Shown here one piece after another: positions 1-11,262 of a stretch of DNA of 64,000 bases. Within the stretch, counting starts at the first letter, position 1. The number at the start of each line of letters is the position of its first letter. Under the pieces are notes generated by a model. That model searched no databases. It was not told the origin of the DNA and saw nothing but the letters and a program-made list of their open reading frames with translations. A program made the position numbers and the translations under genes. Origin of the DNA: Octopus vulgaris (Eukaryota); NCBI GenBank assembly GCA_951406725.2, contig OX597814.1, forward strand, positions 151,466,001 through 151,530,000, given 5' to 3'.

Positions 1-221
1 GTAAAGACCCCCTTCGGTCATGAATGACCATGGGATTGCACCAAAAGGTCGATACAGCTTGGCACCAGTGACGTCGCAACTCATTTCTACAGCTGAGTGA
101 ACTGGAGCAACGTGAAATAAAGTGCCTTGCTCAAGAACACAACACGCAGCCCGGTCCGGGATTCGAGCTCACAACCTCACGATCGTAAGCTCGACGCTCT
201 AACCACTGAACCATGCGCCTT
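1..221 (-). mobile_element. tRNA-derived SINE, family C (cut by window edge)
   Basis: Reverse complement begins GGCGCATGGTTCAGTGGTTAGAGCGTCG (A box) and has a B-box-like GAGCTCGAATCCC. Homologous to 2150-2470. Confidence 0.75.
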
Positions 222-305
<84 letters not shown>

Positions 306-556
306 GATGAATAGTTTTGCGTAAACCATGGTCCGTTTTGTTCTCTTACTTTATTATCATCTTATAATCATCTCATAATAATGACTTTTATGACTCGTAT
401 TACTACCCCAGTCAATCTAAATGTATATATTTGTCGTTACCTGTCATAAATAGCCTTTTTTATTTGCAATGTGCATTTTCGTTGATTTTTCATATTTTAC
501 CCTTATATTTCCACGTGTATTTTATATTCTTTTCGTAACATATTTCTACTATATAT

Positions 557-644
<88 letters not shown>

Positions 645-721
645 AAACAAGTCAAAAATAGAAAATGCTAAGATGATTTTATAGTGAATGCTAAGATGAT
701 TTACATATATACACATATATA

Positions 722-931
722 CAGGGTGACCCAGACTTAGGTTTACAGTTATTCAACTATCTTTTTCGCATTCATATATTAACAGTTTAGATCTTAATTA
801 TAAAAAAATATGAAGCCATTATTCTATGCTAAGTTAGTTATTTGTAAGATAGAAATTTAAATGTGATAAAATGTTTTAAAAAATTTAAAGTACCTACGTC
901 ATAACTGTAAACCTATTTTGGGGCCACCCTG
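722..931. mobile_element. Tc1/mariner-type MITE
   Basis: Imperfect TIRs CAGGGTGACCCAGACTTAGGTTTACAGTT ... AACTGTAAACCTATTTTGGGGCCACCCTG, flanked by TA on both sides. Confidence 0.8.
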
Positions 932-950
932 TATATATATATATATATAT

Positions 951-1171
951 ATTTCTTTACTACCCACAAGGGGCTAAACACAGAGAGGACAGACAAACGG
1001 ATTAAGTCGATTATATCGACCCCAGTGCGTAACTGGTACTTAATTTATCGACCCAGAAAGGATGAAAGGCAAAGTCGACCTCGGCGGAATTTGAACTCAG
1101 AACGTAACGGCAGACGAAATACGCCTACGCATTTCGCCCGGCGTGCTAACGGTTCTGCCAGCTCGCCGCCA
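951..1171 (-). mobile_element. tRNA-derived SINE, family B (Nin/Deu-like central domain)
   Basis: Reverse complement carries A/B boxes (GTTCAAATTCC) followed by GCCTTTCATCCTTTC..GGTCGATAAATTAAGTACCAG. Many copies in the window, e.g. ~5670-5800, 6710-6945, 12210-12410, 15615-15745, 26190-26360, 49205-49406, 54690-54870. Confidence 0.8.
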
Positions 1172-1402
<231 letters not shown>

Positions 1403-2149
1403 TTTTTCCGCCTACCAAATCCACTCACGAGACTTTGGTCAGCTCGGGGTTACAGCAGAAAATACTTGAAGAAAAGACCACATAGTTGGAAGGCAAGCTT
1501 CTCAACCACACAGCTACGTCTGGACACTTCCTCAAAATTTTTCTGTACACAGTATCACAAAAATACCAAAATCTTTTTAAGTAACCCCGTTCTGTTGTCT
1601 TATTAAAAATTTTAACCAGATCAATGCAAAAGTTTTCTAGATTGAAACCATACGTATCTCTAAATCAAAATTTGATACAAAAGAAGCAATATTATGTACT
1701 TGGTGACACCACAAAATAATTCGTTACGGATTACGTACATCGGAAGTAGTTGAAAAAAAAAAACCCGAATCAATGAGTGTGGAACGTTTCCGACGGCACT
1801 CCACAAACGGAACAGCGGAAGACGTTAAAATATTGTAAATACAATAATTCTGGAATTTCAGCGAGATGCGATGCGTGAATATAGCAATGTTGGAAATTCC
1901 CACATAATACGTGAAGCTTGATACGTCATGTGTCACACACGCACACACACACATACACAGATCTGTGCACAAGCTTGTCGGGTGGATGGATTACATTTCT
2001 TCTACGATGGTAACCTTAATCCATCTCCCGATTTAACACCAGTGCTTGGCGCTTGGATACCTTTAGCAGAGGCTAATGTCTTTGTTGTAAGGCCTGAAGA
2101 TAAACGATGAATCAATGTTTTAAATACCCACCGTTACCTGTCTCAGTGA

Positions 2150-2470
2150 AGGCGCATGGCTCTGCCGTTAGAGCGTCGGACTCACAATCAAGAGGTAGTG
2201 AGTTCGATTCTCGGACAGTGTTTTGTATTGTGTTCTTCAACAAGACACTTTATTTCATGTTGCTCCAGTTCACTCAGCTGCAGAAATGAGTTGCGACGTC
2301 ACTGGTGCCAAGCTGTATCGGCATTTTCCTTTCCTTTGGATAACATCAGTGGCGTGGAGAGGTGAAACTGGTTTGCATGGGCGATTGTTGATCTTCCATA
2401 ACCAATCTTGCCTCGGATGGGAGCTTTCTAGGTGCAATCTCATGGTCATTCATGACCGAAGGGATCTTTT
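2150..2470 (+). mobile_element. tRNA-derived SINE, family C
   Basis: GGCGCATGGCTC..GTTAGAGCGTCGG head and GAGTTCGATTCTC B box. Body and tail shared with 1-221. Confidence 0.75.
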
Positions 2471-2687
2471 TACTTGTCTCAGAGTCCCATGAAAAGAATT
2501 CATAGGCGCTACCTTTCAGTGACGTAGTTAGAGTGTGTGCTACTCGATGCAGCCTTTGTAAAGTCCGCCCCGGCCTACTAAACAGCTTATACAACAGACA
2601 CGAAGGGGCTGCCTTAATAAATGTGTTGCTAGGGAAGAAATGTCCTCAAACTAGCGCTACGCTATTGCTACTTTTTCTCCTCTGATT

Positions 2688-3075
2688 TAGTTAGTTAGTT
2701 AGTTAATTTGGCTCAAAAGCAAATAGCAAGGCCATGTAGGGGGACATGGAGTTAAGTACAGGGTGGTGTTCATGTAAAGAGTTCAGGCCACTTGAGGTCA
2801 AGGGAAGCTTTGAACAAAGCGGTCGTCGGCATCTTCACCATCTCGTCTGGCAGCTTGTTCCACGGATCCGCAACCCGGACGGAGAAAGCTCCTCTCCTTC
2901 GATTGAGATGAAATCGTCGCAGGTAGAGCTTTTCGGAATGACCCCGCAGCCGACGCTCTGGAGCAGGAGTGAAGAACAGCTCTTTCGAGAGGTTACACTT
3001 TCCGCTTATGATGTTGAGGGCGAGAATGAGATCACCACGGCGGCGGCGTTTTTCAAGAGAATTTAGCCGTAAGAA
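2688..3075 (-). mobile_element. CR1-like LINE 3' end (ORF2 C-terminus, 3'UTR, (CTAA)n tail)
   Basis: ORF 2770-3084 reads LEKRRRRGDLI...RLRGHSEKL...FSVRVADPWNKLP...FKASLD, the typical CR1-clade C-terminus. (TTAG)n at 2688-2704. Confidence 0.85.
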
Positions 3076-4455
3076 AAAATACATTTAGAGCCTTCAAAAG
3101 AAATTTGCCCAGGTCAAACAAAGGAACACAACTATTTTCGGATCGGGTGATGGTAGGGTCTTCTCAAAATTCAAGAGTACCAGTCTTTTATCTTTAGGAG
3201 GTGGTTCCGCAAATACAAACCTCTATTTAGTGCTCCCAGCCCCGGAACAATATACTGCTTAAACTCATCTTTCATAGGCTCTGGGCAAAAAGACGATGCA
3301 TTAGGAGCTGTAATTGTTTAGCCCTGAGTCACTCCTAATCAAGCTGGTGACCTATGATCAAAGAAATTCCAGTCATGACCATCCCACTTTTTAAAGTACA
3401 TCGAGCAATATATCATATAAAATGTAAATCCCTATTTTTGGTGTTTGGTATGATTTGACAGGAGACGTAGGGGCAAGCTGATAATTTTAACAGATCGAAA
3501 GATCGCTTTGAACCACCTTCGTTCGAGCTATTTAATTGCAGTTAAGGTTAGTAATTCTCAAACTGACAAATACCAGGCCCCTACAAATGTGTGTGTGTAT
3601 GTGTATATGTGCGTGTATGAACGAGTGTATGTATGCGCGTGCACGCATCTATTTGTGAAATTTTGGGTGTCTTCTTGCTGTTTATTAACCAGTAAACAAA
3701 AGGGAGTTTGCATCCTTATAACTCCTTTTTCTTTTCCATAGTGCTGGACGTACTCAAAATAAGGTTAAAGCCTTCTTAACTTTACTACATATGTTTTTTA
3801 TCTGTCATTTCTATCTTCACTGTACCTCCACTATTCATGTGATATTGATCTAGGTTAATATATAATATCATTAGTTATTAATTGTATGTGTTCAAAGAAA
3901 CGAGAACAGGATTTGAAGTCAACATAAAAATTAACTTGACTGAATGATAAATGATTGGTGAAAAATAGTTGTGAAAGCCGGCTGTGTGAAAACGTAATAC
4001 AATCGTTACTCGTGCTATGTAACCATTGTGATCTAAAAAATCCTCGTCGTATCGTGAGTTTTCATAAAGTAAAATACCTTTTTCAATTGTTGTCCAACGA
4101 ACATAAAATCAATGATAAAATAGGTTTTTTTTGTTTTTCTCATCATAGTATTTCACGTTACAAATAGATTTTCAGAAGCGATGCTTCTAAATTGTAGGGG
4201 ATGCTTGTTACAAGGAGAATGCTTGATGTAGTAAGCTAAGAAATTTTAATTAAAATAACACTCAGAAATGAGGGCAATTAGCAAGCATTCTCCACCTGGT
4301 CCGTTCAGCTACTACTCACTTCACGTAATGTTAATTATCTTCAGGTTACCTTGAAATGTCCCGCTACCAAATAATCTTCGGCCGTTCCCTTTTACAACTG
4401 CCATCAGATGGTACCCAAGTCATGGCTGTTTGCGAATGCCGTTGAGCGTCTAGAC

Positions 4456-4738
4456 CAGCGGTTCCCATAGTGGGCGGTACTGCCGCCTTGGAGGCGGTGG
4501 GAAGATCTAAGAGGTCGTTGAAGAAAAGTGGGGCGATAATGGGGCAGCCAAAAGGAGGCCATGGATGTAAAAACAACAAAATAATGGGTTAATTAGGTTA
4601 AGTTTTATTTGTGAAATGCAGTTGTTTTGAATTTGTTGCAGAAAGTGGTCTATGTTTGTGGTGCTGATGGAAGGGGGTGCTATGAACGTAGCCTGAGTGC
4701 CGAGGGGGCGATAACCTGAAAAAGTTTGGGAACCACTG
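4456..4738. mobile_element. hAT (Charlie-like) MITE
   Basis: TIRs CAGCGGTTCCCA ... TGGGAACCACTG. 8-bp TSD GTCTAGAC (4448-4455) / GTCTAGAT (4739-4746). Confidence 0.85.
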
Positions 4739-4746
4739 GTCTAGAT

Positions 4747-5150
4747 AAGTGGCTCTCAACCGAGGTTCATATGACCCCCAGGATGGTGGTGGGACATATA
4801 AGATTTTGGTGTGCTCCAAGCAAGCAAAATAGTAAATTGGAGACCTACGGTAGTATTATAGGGATCCATGCAAAAATTTTGCTTTAGATGTATGTATTGC
4901 AAGAAACAACTAGACTTCTTTCTCTCATGTTATCCATAGTTCAACATATTTCTGGCTACTGAAACATGTTCTCTCAGAGCTATCTATAGTAAACCTACTC
5001 AAGTGAATGTGTGAAAAGCAAAATAGGATTTTTTAAAGAAGTATCTATGAAACTAGTTTTAAACATCGAATAACTCTGGGGCCCACCAGAGTAAAACGGT
5101 AATCAAAGGGATCCATAAGCAAAAAAAAAAAAAATGGTTGAAAGTCCCTG
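4747..5150. mobile_element. hAT MITE, second family
   Basis: Degenerate TIRs AAGTGGCTCTCAACC ... GGTTGAAAGTCCCTG, followed by GTCTAGAA (5151-5158). Internally related to 10335-10660 in opposite orientation. Confidence 0.7.
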
Positions 5151-7001
5151 GTCTAGAAGGAGAACGTGACCAACCAAGCAGAATCGACACCGTTCTACAA
5201 TCTTTTGCAGTGGTCGTGATCTCTCTCTTCTCAGAATCTCAATGGATAAGGTTAATCTAAATCAATAGAGAGTTTTAAGTATGCAAGTTTCCATTTCACT
5301 ATTACTAAGTTTTCGTGCAGCAAACGTTCCTAGGTACTATTCCTTGGTCATTGTTTTAAATTCTTACAACTTATTGTATAGTCTCTCCCTTACCCACGTT
5401 TATGTTTTAATTTCAAATCTTGTTCACGTTTCTTTAAAATTTGTATCAATAATATACCGAAGATCATATAATCACATAAATCACTTAACTATAGATAGAT
5501 TGTTCTTGTGCCTATTAAAAAAAAGAAAGAGATATATACACTAAGGGTTAAAATGCACAATGAATGTACATTACTTAGATGCTGCATCCAGACGAGATTA
5601 AATACATATTTCAACCGATACTGTGACAACAAATAGTTCTTACTTTATTTCATATTTTTAATAATGATCTACTAAAGGCACATGGCCTTGAAATTCTGGA
5701 CGAGGGTACTAGTCGATTGCATCGACCCCAGTGTGTAACTGGTACTTAATTTATCGACCCCGAAAAGATGAAAGGCAAAGTCGACCTCGGCGGAATACAA
5801 ATAGTTCTTACTTACAGAGACACAAATCTAGTCGATGATATTGATGCCAACACTTTGTTTTACGCACCCTGCTTAATGATTCCGGTATTCCGCTGACGAT
5901 TGTAAGGCCGTGAGTTCGTTTCCCGGCGGCGCGTTGTGTCCTTGAGCAAGACACTTTATTTCACATTACTCCACTCAACTGGCAAAAATGAGTTGTACCT
6001 GTAATTTAAAGGGCCAGTCTTGACACATTCTGTATCACACTGTATCTCTCTGAGAACCACGTTAATGCTATCTGTGTCTGTGGAGTGCTTAGCAACTTTT
6101 ACGTTAAATTCACAAGCATTTTTTCCCGATTCTCAGTCAATTCTCCCAGTTCATCACCCCTTAGAGTAACTAATAATTGTCCTCAAATTGATACCAGGCC
6201 TGAAACTTGGGGAACGAAATTAGTCGATTATATCGGCCCTAGTATTTGACTAGTACTTTGCTTTATTGAGCCAGTAGTTCGATGGGATTTAAACTCAGAA
6301 TGGAAAAATGTCACGATAAATGTTGTTCGACACTTTATAACGATGGTTTCTAATTTAGGCGAAAGGCTAATAGTTTTGAGGAGAAGAGCTGAGTCGATAC
6401 CTTTGACTTCGGTATTTCGTTGGTACTTTATTTTATCTGCTCCAGAGAAATAAAAAGAAAAAAGAAAAAAGACTGCGGGGGTATTTGAACTTAGAATATA
6501 ACGAGCCGACATTCTAACGAGTTTTTCAAATTTTTTGCCAATCCTGCACCCCTCTTGGGATGCTTTCGATTATAGGATAGATTTAGTTTCCTACAATAGC
6601 ACCGACTTAGCACTAAAGAACAACAACAACAACAGCAAAATTCAGTAGTATACGAAATTACAGAACCTCTTTGTAGCTGCTCAACTAGCAAGAAATAATA
6701 ATCTTGAAGGCGGGGTGCTTGCAGAAACGTTAGCACGCCAGGCGAAATGCTTAGGGATATTTCGTCTGTCTTTACGGTCAAAGTTCAAATTCCGCCGAGG
6801 TCGACTTTGCTTTTCATCCTTTTCGAGTTCGATAAATTAAGTACCAGTTACGCACTGGGGTTGATGTAATTGACTTAATTCCTCTGTCTGTCCTTGTTTG
6901 TCCCCTCTATGTTTAGCCCCTTGTGGGCAATAAAGAAATAAGAAATAACAATCTTATTTTGCTCAAATAATATTCTGCCGCCTTAAGAACGCGAATACTT
7001 T

Positions 7002-8219
7002 TGTAGTGGGGTCATGCAGGCACAGCGGGGATTCGATCCTCGATCGCCAAATTTAACTTAACACAGAGGGAGAAGCTTGCGGGATGGTCAAAAATACTGA
7101 TGAGATGAGTGATGAAAAGGATGACATTGATGGTCATCACATACATTTGGTGACTCTCGACTGCAACAAAGAACCAACCGTTACATAAACAGTTACAAAT
7201 GATGACCCCGAGTTAGAGAATTGCAGCCTTCACCTTGAACAGGTGTCACATCCATCGATTACACTAGTGACCACTGACTCCACCAACATATATTGTAATA
7301 CGAACCGTTACACTGGCAACCAACGCCTTAACAACAACCGTTACATTTGGTGAACCCATCTACAGAGAATCACTGTCTACTGATGCACCGTCGTTCGACT
7401 TGATACAAAAATCTCTATACTGCGGTCCATACTGCGATGCCCTTCACTACAATGCAACCCTGCCGATGCACAAAGAATTCGCTGACCATGGAACCCCGAT
7501 TTAACTGCAAGAAAATACGGAAGCCCACATATGCAACCTTTTCGGCACACACACGTTTTTGGTCTCATCACAACGTACAGAACCTGCATCGTCTACGAAC
7601 TTTTACAAACTCTCAACAACGCTTTTTCTTTGATTGCATATCTTTTTTTTTTTTCACTTTCAGCAGTAGTCTTTTAACAAAGGACACTATTTTCAGCTAA
7701 GTTTATCACTTTTGTTAACTCATTTTTATGCTGTTCATTTCTTTTGCTGCACTGCACAACATTCATACATCTACCTGCATGCTCTAACACTGTCACATTT
7801 ATACACCAAACCACACAATGCATTTCTCGCTTGCTTTTCATGCTCTTTGTGCCTTTGTAGACACAACTCGCCTCTGTAAGACTCTAGGTTGGTCATGTAC
7901 ACATAGAGAAAGTTGTTTGGGGGAGAAAGAAGGTTACAATCAGCCAACTATGAGATACAACTTCCCCCGACTCTATAACTTGTGGATTACTACTACGAGA
8001 ACGTGTACACATACCGGCCGAAATTAACTCTTTTTACCTCGCATGCTTTTCCATTAACTAATTATACATACCAACCCGTCGTGGTCTTCGCATATATTAA
8101 AGTAACGGTAAATAAATATTTCTTTACTGTACTTTGTTTATCTTCACCTCTGCAACAGCAGCACTCGTTACAACCACTAACTGCCAACTCCAACATATAT
8201 CGTAATAAAAACAGTTACA
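7002..8219 (+). mobile_element. Degenerate non-autonomous LTR-like element
   Basis: Starts TGTAG and ends GTTACA. Direct repeat ACCACT..CCAACATATATYGTAATA..AAC.GTTACA at ~7270-7312 and ~8173-8219. PBS-like TGGTGA motifs at 7148-7357. No TSD found. Confidence 0.45.
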
Positions 8220-9102
8220 CATTGCATAATATAGTCGTAAGAGAGTATGGTCATGTCTGGAATACCCGTAAAAATTCTATTTTAATGACTTAATCAAGAG
8301 AGAAAGGGCAATTCTATGAGTCTTTGCAGGTTTTACGAGATAGGTGAGAGGCTATGAAGTTACCCTCTAAACGACGATCTGACCCAAACGCTTGCAACAG
8401 GTAACTAAAGAACAAGTTATAGTGTTGGACAGGATGATAACTTAAGCTTTGTCACCCTGAAACAATTTCTATCTACCAAACAATTATGTTAAAAGACACT
8501 TGCTCAAAGTGCTCTGCAACGAAATCGAACTCAAATCTTAATAGTTACGAAGCGAAAGCCTTGACCGCGCATCTATACCAGCACCTGTAAATCTGCTCGA
8601 TCAGAGCCGACTAGCATCACGACATTAACAACAATAAAAATAGCAGCAGTAGCACGCAATTGTATAACAGCTAAAAGGAAGACCGTTATAAAAGTTATGT
8701 TTTTAATTTCTATTCAGCACACAACACAGCTTTTGCAGATTTGCCCACTCACTCATCACGGATGTCAACTGAAAAAAATATTTTCTTTTATTATTGTTTC
8801 TATGCAAAAACATTTGATATACCAGGGAGCCAATGAGAGGACTTCTAATACGCGTCTCGCCCTGACAGGACTTCTAATACGCGTCTCTGCCTGACAGAAA
8901 CAGTAAACATATCTCACTTAGATAGCATACCGTCATGATATATAAGCGGGACCAGCCATCTGAATGTGGCTAGGGACAGGGCGGGGTGGTGGGGGTGTTA
9001 CTGATGCATTTAGCCCCAGGCGACTATAGACGTCACCAGGAGAGCCGACACCATCACGGTGTCCTTGCTAGCCTGTAAAGGGAGATCAGCCTCCCCGAAG
9101 AT

Positions 9103-9166
9103 ACGGATGCTACACACGGACCGGTTTCGAGGTGGTCGCCTCTCGTCAGCGCATGGCAAGCACCGT
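9103..9166 (-). ncRNA. Type I hammerhead ribozyme
   Basis: Minus strand: CATGCG-CTGACGA-GAGG-cgacca-CCTC-GAAA-C-CG-GTC/CGTGTG. Intact core, 4-bp stem II, palindromic ACCGGT stem III, extended stem I. Confidence 0.85.
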
Positions 9167-9432
9167 TCCTCGTTGAGGGACTTCCTCTACAGGCTAGAAA
9201 TATATAGATTTTCACTGTAAACACAGTCACTGGCGTCGAAAATCTGTTCGATAACAATAATAAATCTCTAAGCGAGGTATAAACAGTAACTGCTCTGTAA
9301 TATAAGCGGGACCAGCCATCTGAATGTGGCTAGGGACAGGGCGGGGTGGTGGGGGTGTTACTGATGCATTTAGCCCCAGGCGACTATAGACGTCACCAGG
9401 AGAGCCGACACCATCACGGTGTCCAACGAGGA

Positions 9433-9496
9433 ACGGTGCTTGCCATGCGCTGACGAGAGGCGACCACCTCGAAACCAGTCCGTGTGTAGCATCCGT
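9433..9496 (+). ncRNA. Type I hammerhead ribozyme
   Basis: CTGACGA 9450-9456, stem II GAGG/CCTC, GAAA 9471-9474, GTC triplet 9478-9480. Stem I CATGCG/CGTGTG, extended by TGCT/AGCA and ACGG/CCGT. Confidence 0.85.
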
Positions 9497-10259
9497 ATCT
9501 TCGGGGAGGCTGATCTCCCTTTACAGGCTAGCAAGATGGCTGGTGCCGCTTATATTACAGAGCAGTTACTGTTTATACCTCGCTTAGAGATTTATTATCG
9601 TCATGATATAAATCCAGAGAAAATACAAAACAAAGGCATAAGACGGTCCCCAGATACACCGTGTCTAGTGAAAAGAAAAGAAAAATGACGAGTAGATAAG
9701 ACTGATATAGCGTTGAACCTCTGACTGCTAGCTCACGGCAAATGTCAATGAAACTAAATAGTAATAAGGATATTACAATTTAACTTAGTTGGATTTTACC
9801 AGAGTGAAAACGCATGCTCTCTCAGCGAAATCGTATATATCATTTAATATCCAAGAACAGCCAATTCAGGCCAGTTACAAGCCCGATTCTGAATATCTAG
9901 GAGATCGGTGGTGGTGATGATTGGGTCTTTTTAGACGACAAACGCTTTTTCTACGACAGTAGTACTTATTGTAGTTGGTTGCACTAACTGAGCATTTCTA
10001 TAGAGGCAAGAATGACTGTGCGTTTAAGAGGTTTGCTTTCGTAACAACATGGTTTCAAGTTCGATTTCACCACGTAGCACCTCGTGCAAGTTCCTTCTAA
10101 CATAGCCTCGAGATTACCAACGTAGTTTAAATAAAATCTGCTTAACAGAAATTGCCTGTCAGAGAACAGAAACTATGTGGAAATCTGTCAGAAGATCCGT
10201 TTCTATTCTTGGTCCTTCACTGCCTTCAGCAAAAAAGGACCTTGAAATTTATGACTGAT

Positions 10260-10325
<66 letters not shown>

Positions 10326-10334
10326 AGTCTACGG

Positions 10335-10660
10335 CAGTGGTTCTCAACCATTTTTTACTTATGGACCCCTTTCCTTTCATTACTATTTTACTCTAGTGGA
10401 TCCCCGTAGCCATTCGATGTTTAGAAAAAAAAAACTGGTTTTATAAATACTTGTTTCAAAATTCCTATTTTATTTTTCACACATTAACTTGTGTAGGTTG
10501 AACTATATAAAACGTTGGAGAAAACTAGTTGTTTCTTGCAATAAATACATCTAAAGCATAACTTTTTCATGGACCCTTAATTACTATTTTGCTTGCATGA
10601 ACCTCGAAAATCTTATATAGAACCCCCAAAGGTCATGTGGACTACAGTTGAGAACCACTG
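10335..10660. mobile_element. hAT MITE
   Basis: TIRs CAGTGGTTCTCAAC ... GTTGAGAACCACTG. Imperfect TSD GTCTACGG/CTCTACAG. Confidence 0.8.
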
Positions 10661-10805
10661 CTCTACAGCATGTCTCTTACCATAGATGACTTAATATATG
10701 CAACAGTAACCCAAAGTATCTAAAAGACATTATCCGTATGTGAAAAAAGATCACTATTTTGAAATAAGGTTGCAAACAAAAAAGAAACCGTTAAATCATG
10801 AGTAT

Positions 10806-11031
10806 ACTCTCTCTCTTTTACTCTTTTACTTGTTTCAGTCATTTGACTGTGGCCATGCTGGAGCACCGCCTTTAATCGAGCAAATCGACCCCGGGACTTA
10901 TTCTTTTGTAAGCCCAGTACTTATTCTATCGGTCTCTTTTGCCGAACCGCTAAGTAACGGGGACATAAACACACAAGCATCGGTTGTCAAGCAATGCTAG
11001 GGGGACAAACACAGACACACAAATACACACA

Positions 11032-11100
<69 letters not shown>

Positions 11101-11262
11101 GACGGGCTTCTTTCAGTTTCCGTCTACCAAATCCACTCACAAGGCTTTGGTCGGCCCGAGGCTATAGTAGAAGACACTTGCCCAAGGTGCCACGCAGTGG
11201 GACTGAACCCGGAACCATGTGGTTGGTTAGCAAGCTACTTACCACATGGCCTCTCCTGCGCC
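10806..11262 (-). mobile_element. tRNA-derived SINE, family A (internal microsatellite)
   Basis: Reverse complement: GGCGCAGGAG..GTGGTAAGTAGCTTG head, GGTTCAGTCCC B box, CCTTGGGCAAGT motif, internal (TA)n, (AAAGAGT)n-like tail. Seven near-full copies in the window. Confidence 0.85.

Larger units (their letters stand above)
8943..9598. mobile_element. Non-autonomous PLE/retrozyme-like insertion with two hammerheads
   Basis: 12-bp direct repeat CGTCATGATATA at 8931-8942 and 9599-9610. Internal direct repeat offset by 360 nt (8943-9064 vs 9303-9424). Inverted repeats 9065-9175/9425-9535 and ~9257-9320/9535-9598. Confidence 0.8.

Noticed and set aside
7140-7357. CRISPR-like repeat-spacer appearance
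   Set aside because: Eukaryotic context, repeats short and degenerate, spacing irregular, no cas genes. Better explained as LTR/PBS-like units.
8838-8896. Short local duplications (also 15874-15980, 18203-18318, 33345-33388, 43904-43963, 46168-46195)
   Set aside because: Ordinary slippage-type duplications with no further structure.
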